Source: Pseudomonadales bacterium (GTDB taxonomy: Bacteria > Pseudomonadota > Gammaproteobacteria > Pseudomonadales > M0112). Taken from it: a stretch of 64,000 nt of DNA. The notes under the pieces were generated by a model. It did no database searches, was not told the origin of the DNA, and worked only from the letters and a program-made list of their open reading frames with translations. The position numbers and the translations under genes were made by a program. The stretch is from positions 29,688-93,687 of the forward strand of contig DATCSK010000015.1 of assembly GCA_036568505.1 (NCBI GenBank). Direction: 5' to 3'. Below are positions 25,147 through 34,441 of this stretch, piece after piece; within the stretch, counting starts at the first letter, position 1; the number at the start of each line of letters is the position of its first letter.

Positions 25147-26550
25147 ATGATTCCTGTATTGGCCTTGGTTGGCCGCCCCAATGTGGGCAAATCAACACTG
25201 TTCAATCGTCTGACCGGAAGCCGGGATGCCATTGTGGCTAACTTCCCCGGGTTAACGCGTGATCGCCAGTATGGTGAGGCGACCATTGAAGGCCGTCGTT
25301 GTCTGTTGATTGATACGGGCGGTTTGTCCGAAGCGGATCATGGTGTGGATGCCTTGATGGCTCAGCAAAGCTGGCTGGCGGTCGAAGAGGCCAGTGCCGT
25401 GTTGTTTATGGTGGACGGTCGGGCAGGTCTGACGCCAACCGATGAGTGGATTGCCAAGCGTCTGCGAACGATGGGCAAGCCGTTCTTTCTGGTGGTGAAT
25501 AAAGTGGATGGCGTTAACCCCGACACGGTCACTGCCGAGTTTTATCGATTGGGTGTTGATGAGATTCATCCCATTACAGCCACGCATGGACGCGGCATTC
25601 AGGATTTGATGAGTCAGGTGCTGGCAGCAGCCGCACCGGAAGAGGCGGCCGATGAAGCACCGCCGGAAGATCAGGCCGGCATTAAAGTGGCGGTGTTGGG
25701 TCGGCCGAATGTGGGCAAGTCCACATTGATTAATCGCATGCTGGGTGAAGACCGGGTGGTTGCCAGTGATGTACCGGGCACCACGCGTGACAGTATTTAT
25801 ATTCCGTATGAACGTAATGGCAAGCAGTACACCCTGATTGATACCGCCGGCGTGCGTCGACGCGGTCGAGTGACCGAGACGGTCGAGAAATTCTCTATCG
25901 TAAAAACCTTGCAAGCCATCGAGGACACGCACGTCGTGGTGTTGCTGATTGATGCCAGTGAGGGGCTGGTTGATCAGGACATGCATTTGATGGGGCAGGT
26001 GCTTGATAGTGGCAAAGGGTTGGTTCTGGCACTCAATAAATGGGATGGCTTGAGTGCTGAACAAAAGCACCATGCAAAATCCGAGATGGATCGGCGCCTG
26101 CAATTTCTGGATTACGTGGATGTGCACTATATCTCGGCATTGCATGGCACGGGCGTAGGCCACTTGTACCGCTCGATTGATAAGTCTTATGAAGCGACCA
26201 CCATGGTCTTGTCAACGCCCAAGTTGACGCGCATTCTGGAAGATGCCGTGGCGCATAATGCACCGCCCGCCGTACAGCACCGGCGCATTAAGTTGCGGTA
26301 TGCGCATCAGGGCGGCACCAGCCCGTTGCGTATTATTATTCATGGCAATCAGACCGAGCACGTGCCGACGAATTACCGGCGTTATCTGGAGAAGACCTTT
26401 CGTGAGGCCTTGCGATTGCGGGGAGCGCCGATTCTGTTGCAGTTCCGCACGGGAGAGAACCCCTTTGAAGGGAAGCGCAATCCACTGAGTGATCGTCAGA
26501 AAGAAAAACGTCGACGGCTGATGAAGCATGTCAAAAGTAAAAAGCGATAG
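25147..26550 (+). CDS. der: Ribosome biogenesis GTPase Der (EngA)
   Basis: Two GRPNVGKS P-loops, DTGG/DTAG, NKVD/NKWD. Confidence 0.98.
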   Translation: MIPVLALVGRPNVGKSTLFNRLTGSRDAIVANFPGLTRDRQYGEATIEGRRCLLIDTGGLSEADHGVDALMAQQSWLAVEEASAVLFMVDGRAGLTPTDEWIAKRLRTMGKPFFLVVNKVDGVNPDTVTAEFYRLGVDEIHPITATHGRGIQDLMSQVLAAAAPEEAADEAPPEDQAGIKVAVLGRPNVGKSTLINRMLGEDRVVASDVPGTTRDSIYIPYERNGKQYTLIDTAGVRRRGRVTETVEKFSIVKTLQAIEDTHVVVLLIDASEGLVDQDMHLMGQVLDSGKGLVLALNKWDGLSAEQKHHAKSEMDRRLQFLDYVDVHYISALHGTGVGHLYRSIDKSYEATTMVLSTPKLTRILEDAVAHNAPPAVQHRRIKLRYAHQGGTSPLRIIIHGNQTEHVPTNYRRYLEKTFREALRLRGAPILLQFRTGENPFEGKRNPLSDRQKEKRRRLMKHVKSKKR

Positions 26551-26944
26551 CCCTGCTGTTTCATTGCCCGATCTGGATTCGCCCCAACGCATTCGAGAGT
26601 TTCTTGATGATTTCTACGGCGCTATATTAGCGGATGCCGTGTTGGCGCCTGTTTTTCTGGAAGTGGCCGGCATCGATTTGCGAGTGCATCTGGGTCATAT
26701 TCAAGCCTATTGGGAAAAGCTGTTACTCAGCCACGACGGCTACCATCGTCATACCATGAATATCCATCGTGCGCTGCATGCTAAAAAACCGTTGACCGAC
26801 GCCGAGTTTGACCGCTGGTTGGGTTTCTTTCAAAGCACCATTCACGCGAATTTTGCCGGGCCTTATGCCGATCGCGCGTTATTGATTGCCAACCACGTTG
26901 CAGCCAACATGAAAGAGCACATTGTACGAAAGCCAGCAGATTGA
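26528..26944 (+). CDS. Group III truncated hemoglobin
   Basis: FY..I.AD..L.PVF, HL..I..YW, H-ligand region NIHRALH, F.RW..FF pattern of 2/2 globins of class P. Confidence 0.8.
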   Translation: MSKVKSDSPAVSLPDLDSPQRIREFLDDFYGAILADAVLAPVFLEVAGIDLRVHLGHIQAYWEKLLLSHDGYHRHTMNIHRALHAKKPLTDAEFDRWLGFFQSTIHANFAGPYADRALLIANHVAANMKEHIVRKPAD

Positions 26945-27060
26945 AAGCCGCGCACAACAAGTGTGACGATGATCACGTACTGATGATCGGATCGTACGGC
27001 CGGGCTCGGGTGGACTATGCTGGTAATAGATGCTTTAAACGGAATGTTGTGGAGTCCGTC

Positions 27061-27375
27061 ATGCTCACTGTTCACGAGCGTCAGCGTACAGGGCAATGCG
27101 GGTTGGTTAAAACGCTGCGTCCGGATACCTGCCTTAATTATGAATGCCTGTTGGATTTGGTGGCTTTGCTGGAGTCGACTGTACCCATGGGCGGGGCGGT
27201 AGTGCTGGATCTCATTGATACGCGCTATGTCGATAGTTCAGGCATTGCAGCCTTGCTGCACATCGTTCGTCACTTGCAATGTGCCGAACGGTTGCAAGTC
27301 ATTCATTGTGATAGTTCCGTCAGTGCGATTTTCAAGAAATGCCATCTGGATCGCTGGGTGACCATTCACCATTAA
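27061..27375 (+). CDS. Stand-alone STAS domain (anti-sigma antagonist-like) protein
   Basis: VVLDL..TRYVDSSGIAALL motif; ATG at 27061 preceded by GGAG. Confidence 0.7.
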   Translation: MLTVHERQRTGQCGLVKTLRPDTCLNYECLLDLVALLESTVPMGGAVVLDLIDTRYVDSSGIAALLHIVRHLQCAERLQVIHCDSSVSAIFKKCHLDRWVTIHH

Positions 27376-27444
27376 GCGCTTTCTGGTATTGGATATTGAG
27401 TTAACGCACAATATGCCCCCGGTTTCATGCCGAAGGGCTTCTTT

Positions 27445-28383
27445 ATGGTTGATATTGCGATTGCCTTGTTTGCACTGGGAGTGATAGCAGGGCTGGTCAG
27501 GTCTGATATTGCGCTCTCGAAAGGCACCTACGATACGCTCAGCATCTTGTTGATGTTCGCCATTGGTTTGAAAGGCGGTGTTGCTTTGTACGGCAATTTA
27601 AACTGGAGCATGGTGCCCGAATTGCTGGCGATTTCGGGTTTGGGCGTATTGATTCCGTTGGTTTGTTATCCGGTATTGCGTCGTCTGGTGCAGCTGAATG
27701 TGGCCAACAGTGCCAGTCTGGCAGCGCATTATGGCTCGGTCAGCGCGGGTACCTTTGCTGTGGCATTGGCCTATGTCGAGAGTCGCGGCCTGCCGATGTC
27801 ACCCCAAACCACCCTGTATCTGGTGTTGCTGGAAATGCCGGCCATTATTACCGGGATTTTCTTGTTCCGGCATTGTTCGGATTCAACCGGCGATTGGGGC
27901 GGGTTATGGCGTGAAGCGTTTACGAGCCGGGGCGTGGTGCTGTTGGTGGGGGGCGTGGTGATTGGTTTTGTCTACGGACCACAAGGCACTGCGCCTATTG
28001 CGCCCTTGTTTGTGGGCTTGTTTAAGGCTCTGCTGGCGTTGTTCTTGTTGGAAATGGGCTTAACCACGGCGCGTTTTATGGCGGAATGGAAGCGAGATCA
28101 ATGGCGACTGGTGCTGTTTGGTTTGCTGGCGCCCCCGATACTGGCTTCAGGGGGGTTGGCTTTGGCGCTGGTATTGGGTCTGCCTGCAGGCAGTGCGGTG
28201 TTATTGACCGTGCTGGCAGGCAGTGCTTCGTATATTGCGGCACCGGCTGCAATTCGCCATGCCATTCCAGAGGCTGATGTAGGCATGGCTATGTTTGCGG
28301 CCTTGGGGTTAACATTCCCCTTGAATGTATTCTTGGGTATTCCCGCCTATCATTGGATCGTGATGCAAGGACTAGGATTATGA
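27445..28383 (+). CDS. sbtA: SbtA/DUF897 family sodium-dependent bicarbonate permease
   Basis: About 10 hydrophobic segments; [42 protein letters not shown] motifs; alternative start at 27427. Confidence 0.88.
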   Translation: MVDIAIALFALGVIAGLVRSDIALSKGTYDTLSILLMFAIGLKGGVALYGNLNWSMVPELLAISGLGVLIPLVCYPVLRRLVQLNVANSASLAAHYGSVSAGTFAVALAYVESRGLPMSPQTTLYLVLLEMPAIITGIFLFRHCSDSTGDWGGLWREAFTSRGVVLLVGGVVIGFVYGPQGTAPIAPLFVGLFKALLALFLLEMGLTTARFMAEWKRDQWRLVLFGLLAPPILASGGLALALVLGLPAGSAVLLTVLAGSASYIAAPAAIRHAIPEADVGMAMFAALGLTFPLNVFLGIPAYHWIVMQGLGL

Positions 28384-28886
28384 GTAAAAATCAAGGCGCG
28401 CCGGTGGTGGCCGTGGTGATGGGGTCGCGTTCGGATTGGGAGACGATGTCAGCGGCCTGCGATGTGCTGGAGCGTTGTCAGGTTCCTTATCATGTCGAGG
28501 TTGTATCAGCGCATCGCACTCCAGCGAAATTGTTGGAATTTGGGCAGAACGCTGAAGCCAGCGGCTTTAAAGTCATTATCGCCGGAGCCGGTGGTGCTGC
28601 GCATTTGCCGGGTATGTTGGCGGCTGTTACGCCGTTGCCGGTGTTGGGCGTCCCCGTGCAAAGTCGGGCATTGAATGGTATGGACAGTCTTTTATCAATC
28701 GTGCAAATGCCCAAAGGTGTCGCGGTGGGTACGCTGGCCATTGGCGAGGCGGGTGCTTACAACGCAGGGTTATTGGCGTGTCAGATACTGGGCACACACG
28801 ATGCCATCTTGCGTCAGGCAATCGTTGCCTTGCGCGCAGAACAGACCCGGTCTGTTCTGGATAAGCCGGACCCTCGCGCATCATGA
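28380..28886 (+). CDS. purE: N5-CAIR mutase
   Basis: [34 protein letters not shown]; ATGA overlap with sbtA. Confidence 0.97.
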   Translation: MSKNQGAPVVAVVMGSRSDWETMSAACDVLERCQVPYHVEVVSAHRTPAKLLEFGQNAEASGFKVIIAGAGGAAHLPGMLAAVTPLPVLGVPVQSRALNGMDSLLSIVQMPKGVAVGTLAIGEAGAYNAGLLACQILGTHDAILRQAIVALRAEQTRSVLDKPDPRAS

Positions 28887-29989
28887 CAGACGCATTGCTG
28901 GTGCTGGGCACCGGCCAGCTGGGCTTGATGATGGCGCAAGCCGGGGCTGCGTTGGGCATTAGTGTGGATCGGCTCGATATCGCGGAAGGCCTGCTTTATC
29001 CCGGCACATCGTCCTATGCGCTGCCGGTGATGCCAACGCAGGTGCGTGATCGCTATGCGCAGGTGACCGTGGAGCGCGAAGACCTTCTGGAAGACCCCCT
29101 TCTTGTGGAGTGGGTGCCGCAACTGATGAAAGAGACTGTCGGCTGGGCAGGTCTTTGCCGTCGGGATTGGCAAAAATCGTTATTGGATGCCTTGGGTCTG
29201 GCTACGGCACCATGGCATCGGCTGGCGAGCAGCGATGACCTTGATCGTGCCCGGAGCGCTTGGGGTGGGGTCGTCATCAAGCGCTCGCGGGGCGGCTATG
29301 ACGGGCGGGGTCAGTGGCAGTTGCGTGACGGCCAGCCGGCAGGGCTGCCTGACGATGTCTACGGTCATGCCATTGCAGAAGCCATGATTGACTTCAGTGC
29401 TGAAGTCTCTCTGGTGGGTGCCCGCACCCGTGAGGGACAGTGTCTGTTTTACCCCTTGACGCAAAACTGGCACGACCAGGGTATTTTGCGTGTGAGTCAT
29501 GCTCCGGCACGTGCAGCGGTGGATTGGCAGCAACAAGCCGAAGCCATGCTGAGCACCCTGATGCATGGCGTTGATTATGTGGGCGTGATGGGGATGGAGT
29601 GTTTTGTAACGGATGCGGGTTTGTTGATCAATGAAATAGCGCCCCGGGTTCATAACTCCGGGCATTGGACCCAAGCCGGCACCGATCTGGATCAGTTTGC
29701 GCTGCATGTGCGTTGCCATTGCGGGGTGCCTGTGCATGCACCCAGAGTGCGGGGTGAAAGCCTGATGGTGAATTTAATTGGCCACCCATTAAATAAGGAC
29801 CTGTTGACTGCCGATGGCGTGGATCTGCATTGGTATGGAAAAGCCGTGCGCCCGGGACGAAAATTAGGGCATGTCAATGTGCAGGCGCTGAATCGGTCAG
29901 CGTTGCTGGAGAAGGCGGGGGCATTGACGCCATTGCTGGATGTCGAGGCGCGAGCAGTATTGACGGATGTTCTGCAGGCGCTGACTTAG
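28883..29989 (+). CDS. purK: N5-CAIR synthase
   Basis: [42 protein letters not shown]; ATGA overlap with purE. Confidence 0.95.
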   Translation: MTDALLVLGTGQLGLMMAQAGAALGISVDRLDIAEGLLYPGTSSYALPVMPTQVRDRYAQVTVEREDLLEDPLLVEWVPQLMKETVGWAGLCRRDWQKSLLDALGLATAPWHRLASSDDLDRARSAWGGVVIKRSRGGYDGRGQWQLRDGQPAGLPDDVYGHAIAEAMIDFSAEVSLVGARTREGQCLFYPLTQNWHDQGILRVSHAPARAAVDWQQQAEAMLSTLMHGVDYVGVMGMECFVTDAGLLINEIAPRVHNSGHWTQAGTDLDQFALHVRCHCGVPVHAPRVRGESLMVNLIGHPLNKDLLTADGVDLHWYGKAVRPGRKLGHVNVQALNRSALLEKAGALTPLLDVEARAVLTDVLQALT

Positions 29990-30990
29990 GTTAAACCGCT
30001 GTCGCGTAAAACCTCGTTTATCGGGCGCTTGAAACCGACAATGCAGCGTCGTGTGCGTTTTTCGTAAATGCCGGCGATCCGTCCACTCCCGGCAATCAAT
30101 TCAATCAAATCGGTAAATCCTGCATCGTGCATGGTATCAATGAGTGCGCGGTAAGTCGGGTGCAGTTCGGCTGTGTATTTGCCCTCGCCACTGCGGGCGA
30201 TGTCTTTGTTGAAAGCGGCAATATAGGCCGAGACAGGTTCTTTGTGGCATACGGTATCAATCACCGCAAAATCCGTGCACCAGTCGTAGGTTTTACGCAC
30301 TAGCGTAATCGGGTCAATGACGTGGTAGAGCAGCCCCAGATTCATGACGGCGGTAAAGGGCCCGCTGGGTTGCCAGCTCATGATGTCCGATTGAATGAAC
30401 TCGATAGCAGGCAGTTGATAGTGCGCCTGAAGAAAACGCGCTTGGCGGATATTTTCATCACGCAACTCCACGCCGGTGACGCGCTGAACCCCTCGACTGG
30501 CCACATCGAATGAGAAAAACCCGCTATGGCAGCCCATATCCAAAACGGTACTTTGCGTAATCCGTGTGCCGAGTAGCTTGGCAACGGTGTTGCTAATCAG
30601 GTGTGAGCGACACACCATGCGATTGCGGGTCACATTATTGTCATTGGTGGTCAGGCCCGGGGATAACTGAAACCAGAAATCCCAAGGCTCCAGCGCGCTA
30701 ATCTGTTGTTTGAGTTCGGCATGTTGATCCGTCGGGTGGTTCATGAATGCCGGTAAATCTTCCGGGCAATGACACACAATGCGTGGCAGTAGGTGCTCGT
30801 CGGGTTGTAAGCCGATGTTCTGGGTGTGATGTTGCCAGTGGGTGTAGCGTTGCGCGCCTTGTTCCAGTGCCGGCAAGTTATCGGTAGACCAGCCATCAAT
30901 ACGGGTGTCCAGCTGAAAGTGGGCTTTTAATGGGGCAAGGTTCATGCGGCGATTCACAAGGCTGTGTGATGGAAGGGCATACAATAGCAT
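29986..30990 (-). CDS. Class I SAM-dependent methyltransferase (DUF1698/CmoB-like C-terminal domain)
   Basis: VLDMGCHSGFFS, GVELR, LGLLYH..DP; start may be 30945. Confidence 0.75.
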   Translation of the reverse strand: MLLYALPSHSLVNRRMNLAPLKAHFQLDTRIDGWSTDNLPALEQGAQRYTHWQHHTQNIGLQPDEHLLPRIVCHCPEDLPAFMNHPTDQHAELKQQISALEPWDFWFQLSPGLTTNDNNVTRNRMVCRSHLISNTVAKLLGTRITQSTVLDMGCHSGFFSFDVASRGVQRVTGVELRDENIRQARFLQAHYQLPAIEFIQSDIMSWQPSGPFTAVMNLGLLYHVIDPITLVRKTYDWCTDFAVIDTVCHKEPVSAYIAAFNKDIARSGEGKYTAELHPTYRALIDTMHDAGFTDLIELIAGSGRIAGIYEKRTRRCIVGFKRPINEVLRDSGLT

Positions 30991-31210
30991 CGTCGTAATA
31001 AATATGACAAAAAAGCCCAGTTACCTATTGAATATTGCTCATAAATCCCTAAATGATCGAATTTGCCAATGAGCTGGTGGCAAAAGTCATTGCCTTTACA
31101 GCCCTCTAACGCCAATATGTTCAGCCCTAGATGGTGGCTTTGGGTCTGTATTCCTCAATCGGGAAGGCTGGCTTGAGTCTGGTTGTGTTCACTACTGAAG
31201 GAGAGGGTTC

Positions 31211-31654
31211 ATGTCTCAGGCAGACGATGTCCTGCGTGCCGAATTTGATCTCGAATTTACCTATACCCGTACCACCGGGCCGATTATTGGGCGTTTCTTG
31301 ACGGAGCTGCGCGATGGCAAGCTGGTTGGTATTAAAGCCAAGGACGGTCGCGTGCTGTGTCCACCACAGGAGTACGACCCGGTGACGGCCGAAGACCTGG
31401 ACGAATTTGTCGACTTGGCCGAGACGGGCGTGGTCACGACCTGGTGCTGGGTTAAGGAACCTCGCAAAAAGCATCTGTTACAGAAGCCGTTCGCTTGGGC
31501 ATTGATCAAAGTGGATGGGGCGGATACGTCGATGTTGCATGCTATTGATGCGGGTTCCGAATCAGCCATGAAGACCGGTATGAAGGTCAAGGTACGCTGG
31601 GCGGCTGAGCGTGTCGGTCGCATTACCGATATCGCCTGTTTTGAACCGGCCTGA
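31211..31654 (+). CDS. DUF35 OB-fold protein (N-terminal half of an Rv3521-like protein)
   Basis: GP..GRFLT.LR, DGRVLCPPQEYDPVT, PFAWALIKVDGADT, ITDIACF. Confidence 0.85.
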   Translation: MSQADDVLRAEFDLEFTYTRTTGPIIGRFLTELRDGKLVGIKAKDGRVLCPPQEYDPVTAEDLDEFVDLAETGVVTTWCWVKEPRKKHLLQKPFAWALIKVDGADTSMLHAIDAGSESAMKTGMKVKVRWAAERVGRITDIACFEPA

Positions 31655-31677
31655 TAACGACGATCAAGGAGATATTC

Positions 31678-32205
31678 ATGAGTGATGAAAAGCCCATGGT
31701 GGAAGGCTTCGAAGCCCCCATCAGCTTGCACTACACCTTTGCTGCCGGTCATGCGATTTCAAAGTTTTTGCACTCGATTAAAGAGGGTAAAATTGTCGGC
31801 CAGCGCTCACCGAAGACCGGTAAGGTCATCGTGCCGCCGCGTGGTTCATGCCCTGAGACAGGCGTGCCCACAACAGAAGAAGTCACACTGCCGGATACCG
31901 GTACGGTCATTACTTTCACCGTCATCCATATTCCCATTCCGAACAACCCGATCAAGCCGCCGTTCATTGTGGCCAATATTTGTCTGGATGAGTCTGACCA
32001 GACATTTATTCATCTGGTCAGCGATTGTAAAAATGAAGAGGTTCAAATCGGTACGCGCGTGAAAGCCGTATGGAAGGACCCTGCTGAATGGGATTACTCC
32101 ATGGATAACATCAAATACTTCAAGCCATTGGATGAAGCTCCGGTGGATATTGAGAAACTCAAGGCCGAGCGCCTGAAAGCAGTGGAGAAATACCGCCATG
32201 CGTGA
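31678..32205 (+). CDS. DUF35 OB-fold protein (C-terminal half of an Rv3521-like protein)
   Basis: GKIVGQR..KTGKV..PP, LPDTGTV.TF, IKPP, HLVSD, DNI.YF.P; own RBS AAGGAG. Confidence 0.85.
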   Translation: MSDEKPMVEGFEAPISLHYTFAAGHAISKFLHSIKEGKIVGQRSPKTGKVIVPPRGSCPETGVPTTEEVTLPDTGTVITFTVIHIPIPNNPIKPPFIVANICLDESDQTFIHLVSDCKNEEVQIGTRVKAVWKDPAEWDYSMDNIKYFKPLDEAPVDIEKLKAERLKAVEKYRHA

Positions 32206-33253
32206 AGTAGCCATTATTTCTTATGTACAGACGCCCATGCGTCGCGATGCAGGTGCCAACAACGACGTTGAAATGTTGATGCCGACCTTGCAGGAAGCGT
32301 TATCCAATGTAGGTATGACGCACAAAGATATCGACTTTACCTGCTCGGGTAGTTGCGATTACTTGGGCGGTGCAGCGTTCGCATTCGTCAGCGCTGTTGA
32401 TGCATTGGGTGCGGTGCCTGCTATTGCTGAATCGCACGTTGAAATGGATGCTGCTTGGGCACTGTATGAGGCGTGGCTAAAAATCCAGTGCGGCAAGGCT
32501 GATACAGCGTTGGTGTATGGATTCGGAAAATCTTCGCACGCGAATTTACCGAATGTGCTCTCGTTGCAGATGGATCCGTACAGCGTGCAGCCGTTGTGGC
32601 CAGATTCTATTTCAATGGCTGCGCTGCAAGCCCGTGCCTTGCTTGAGAGTGGTAAATGCAGTGAGCGCGATATGGCTGAAGTGGTTGCCAATAGCCGTCG
32701 CAATGCCAAGTCCAATCCGAAAGCGCAACTGAAAGGCGATTTCACGGTGGATCAGTTATTGCGGGAACCGACATTCGTATCGCCGCTGCGTAAGCACGAC
32801 TGCTGTCCGATTACCGATGGTGCCTCGGTGATGATTTTGGCGGTTCGTGAAAAAGCTGAAAAATTCTGCAAGCGTCCGGCATTCATTACCGGTATTGATC
32901 ACCGGATTGATGCACACGGTCTGGGGTTGCGTGACTTAACGGTGTCCGAGTCGACGCGTATTGCAGGTGAAAAAGCCGGTGCTAATAAAGGGCCGATTGA
33001 TGTTGCTGAATTGTATGCGCCATTCAGTCATCAGGAGCTGATCTTGCGTGATGCATTGGGCCTGGATGCAACAAAAACAAAAATCAATCCTTCTGGGGGC
33101 GCATTGGCCGGTCACGTGTTTATGGCGTGCGGTTTGGATCGTATTGGTGCAGTCGCAACGCGCATCATTAATGGTGAGGCAAATCGTGGTGTGGCGCACG
33201 CTACTTCCGGGCCTTGTTTGCAGCAGAATCTGGTTGCGGTATTGGAGGGGTAA
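32198..33253 (+). CDS. ltp4: Ltp4-like thiolase-fold (SCP-x type) protein
   Basis: FTCSGSCDYL.G, ESHVEMDAAWALYEAW, YGFGKSS, AHATSGPCLQQNLVAVLE. Confidence 0.8.
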   Translation: MREVAIISYVQTPMRRDAGANNDVEMLMPTLQEALSNVGMTHKDIDFTCSGSCDYLGGAAFAFVSAVDALGAVPAIAESHVEMDAAWALYEAWLKIQCGKADTALVYGFGKSSHANLPNVLSLQMDPYSVQPLWPDSISMAALQARALLESGKCSERDMAEVVANSRRNAKSNPKAQLKGDFTVDQLLREPTFVSPLRKHDCCPITDGASVMILAVREKAEKFCKRPAFITGIDHRIDAHGLGLRDLTVSESTRIAGEKAGANKGPIDVAELYAPFSHQELILRDALGLDATKTKINPSGGALAGHVFMACGLDRIGAVATRIINGEANRGVAHATSGPCLQQNLVAVLEG

Positions 33254-33256
33254 GTT

Positions 33257-34423
33257 ATGGCAAATGCATGTGCAGTCGTTGGTGTGGGCCAATCGTCCCG
33301 TTACCGCAGCAAAATTAAAGTCAGCATTGCCGGCCTTGTTCGTGAAGCAGCCCAAGAAGCGCTGAAAGATGCAGGATGCACCTGGGCTGATATTGACGCG
33401 GTTGTTTTGGGTAAGGCACCGGATTTTTTTGAAGGTGTTTTGATGCCGGAAGTGTATTTGGCCGATGCGCTGGGTTGCGTGGGTAAGCCAATGTTGCGAG
33501 TGCATACCGCCGGTTCTGTGGGCGGATCCACTGCAATTGTAGCGGCATCCTGTGTGCAAAGTGGTGCGTTCAAACGTGTGCTGACGGTTGCATTCGAGAA
33601 GCAGTCTGAATCAAACGCTATGTGGGCACTGTCATCGCGTCAGCCATTTTCACCGCACTTGAATGCCGGTGCAGGCGGTTTCTTTGCACCGATTATTCGG
33701 GAATATATGCGCCGTTCACAGGCGCCAGTGGATATCGGCTGCAAGGTGGCATTAAAAGATCGCACCCATGCATTGCGCAACCCGCGTGCGCATATGCATG
33801 AAAAAGCCGAAGACCTGGATCTGAAGAAATACATGGATTCATTCATGCTCTGGGAGCCGCTGCGCTTCTCGGAAGTGTGCCCGTCATCGGATGGTGCTTG
33901 CGCCATGGTATTGGCCAGCGAAGATCTGGCCAAAAAATCACCGAACCCGCCGGCCTGGATCCATGGTGTGGCGATGCGTTCAGAGCCCACCATGTATCCG
34001 TGGCGTGAAGAGGTGAATCCTCAAGGTGGTATTGCTTGTGCGAAGGATGTCTATTCCCAGGCAGGCATTACCAATCCGCGCAAAGAAATCGATATGGCCG
34101 AGGTTTATGTGCCGTTTTCCTGGTACGAGCCGATGTGGTTGGAGAACCTCGGCTTTGCCGATGTCAACGAAGGCTGGAAGTTAACCGAAGCGGGTGCCAC
34201 CTTCATCGATGGTGGCGATATTCCCTGGAATTGTTCGGGTGGCGTCTTGTCGTCCAACCCGATTGGTGCCTCGGGCATGATTCGTTTCGCTGAGGCGGCG
34301 CTGCAGGTGCGTGGGATGGCCGGTGATCATCAGGTTGATGGCGCCAAAACGGCCTTGGGGCATGCCTATGGTGGAGGTTCGCAGTTCTTCTCCATGTGGA
34401 TTGTGCGTTCCGAAAAGCCCTGA
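33257..34423 (+). CDS. ltp3: Ltp3-like thiolase-fold aldolase
   Basis: GKAPDFFEG, RVHTAGSVGGST, EKQSESNAMWALS, EVYVPFSWYEPMW, GHAYGGGSQFF. Confidence 0.85.
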   Translation: MANACAVVGVGQSSRYRSKIKVSIAGLVREAAQEALKDAGCTWADIDAVVLGKAPDFFEGVLMPEVYLADALGCVGKPMLRVHTAGSVGGSTAIVAASCVQSGAFKRVLTVAFEKQSESNAMWALSSRQPFSPHLNAGAGGFFAPIIREYMRRSQAPVDIGCKVALKDRTHALRNPRAHMHEKAEDLDLKKYMDSFMLWEPLRFSEVCPSSDGACAMVLASEDLAKKSPNPPAWIHGVAMRSEPTMYPWREEVNPQGGIACAKDVYSQAGITNPRKEIDMAEVYVPFSWYEPMWLENLGFADVNEGWKLTEAGATFIDGGDIPWNCSGGVLSSNPIGASGMIRFAEAALQVRGMAGDHQVDGAKTALGHAYGGGSQFFSMWIVRSEKP

Positions 34424-34441
34424 TTCTCATTGGGCACTTTG

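Noticed and set aside
25252-26163. 303-aa antisense ORF opposite der
   Set aside because: Lies wholly on the reverse of a conserved essential gene and has no recognisable motif; a typical codon-bias shadow ORF
26941-27060. N-terminal extension of the STAS ORF from TTG 26941
   Set aside because: A better ATG with a GGAG RBS at 27061 gives a normal-sized STAS domain
31078-31093. Sigma54-like TGGCA...TTGC upstream of the sterol cluster
   Set aside because: GG-to-GC spacing is 11 nt rather than the required 10
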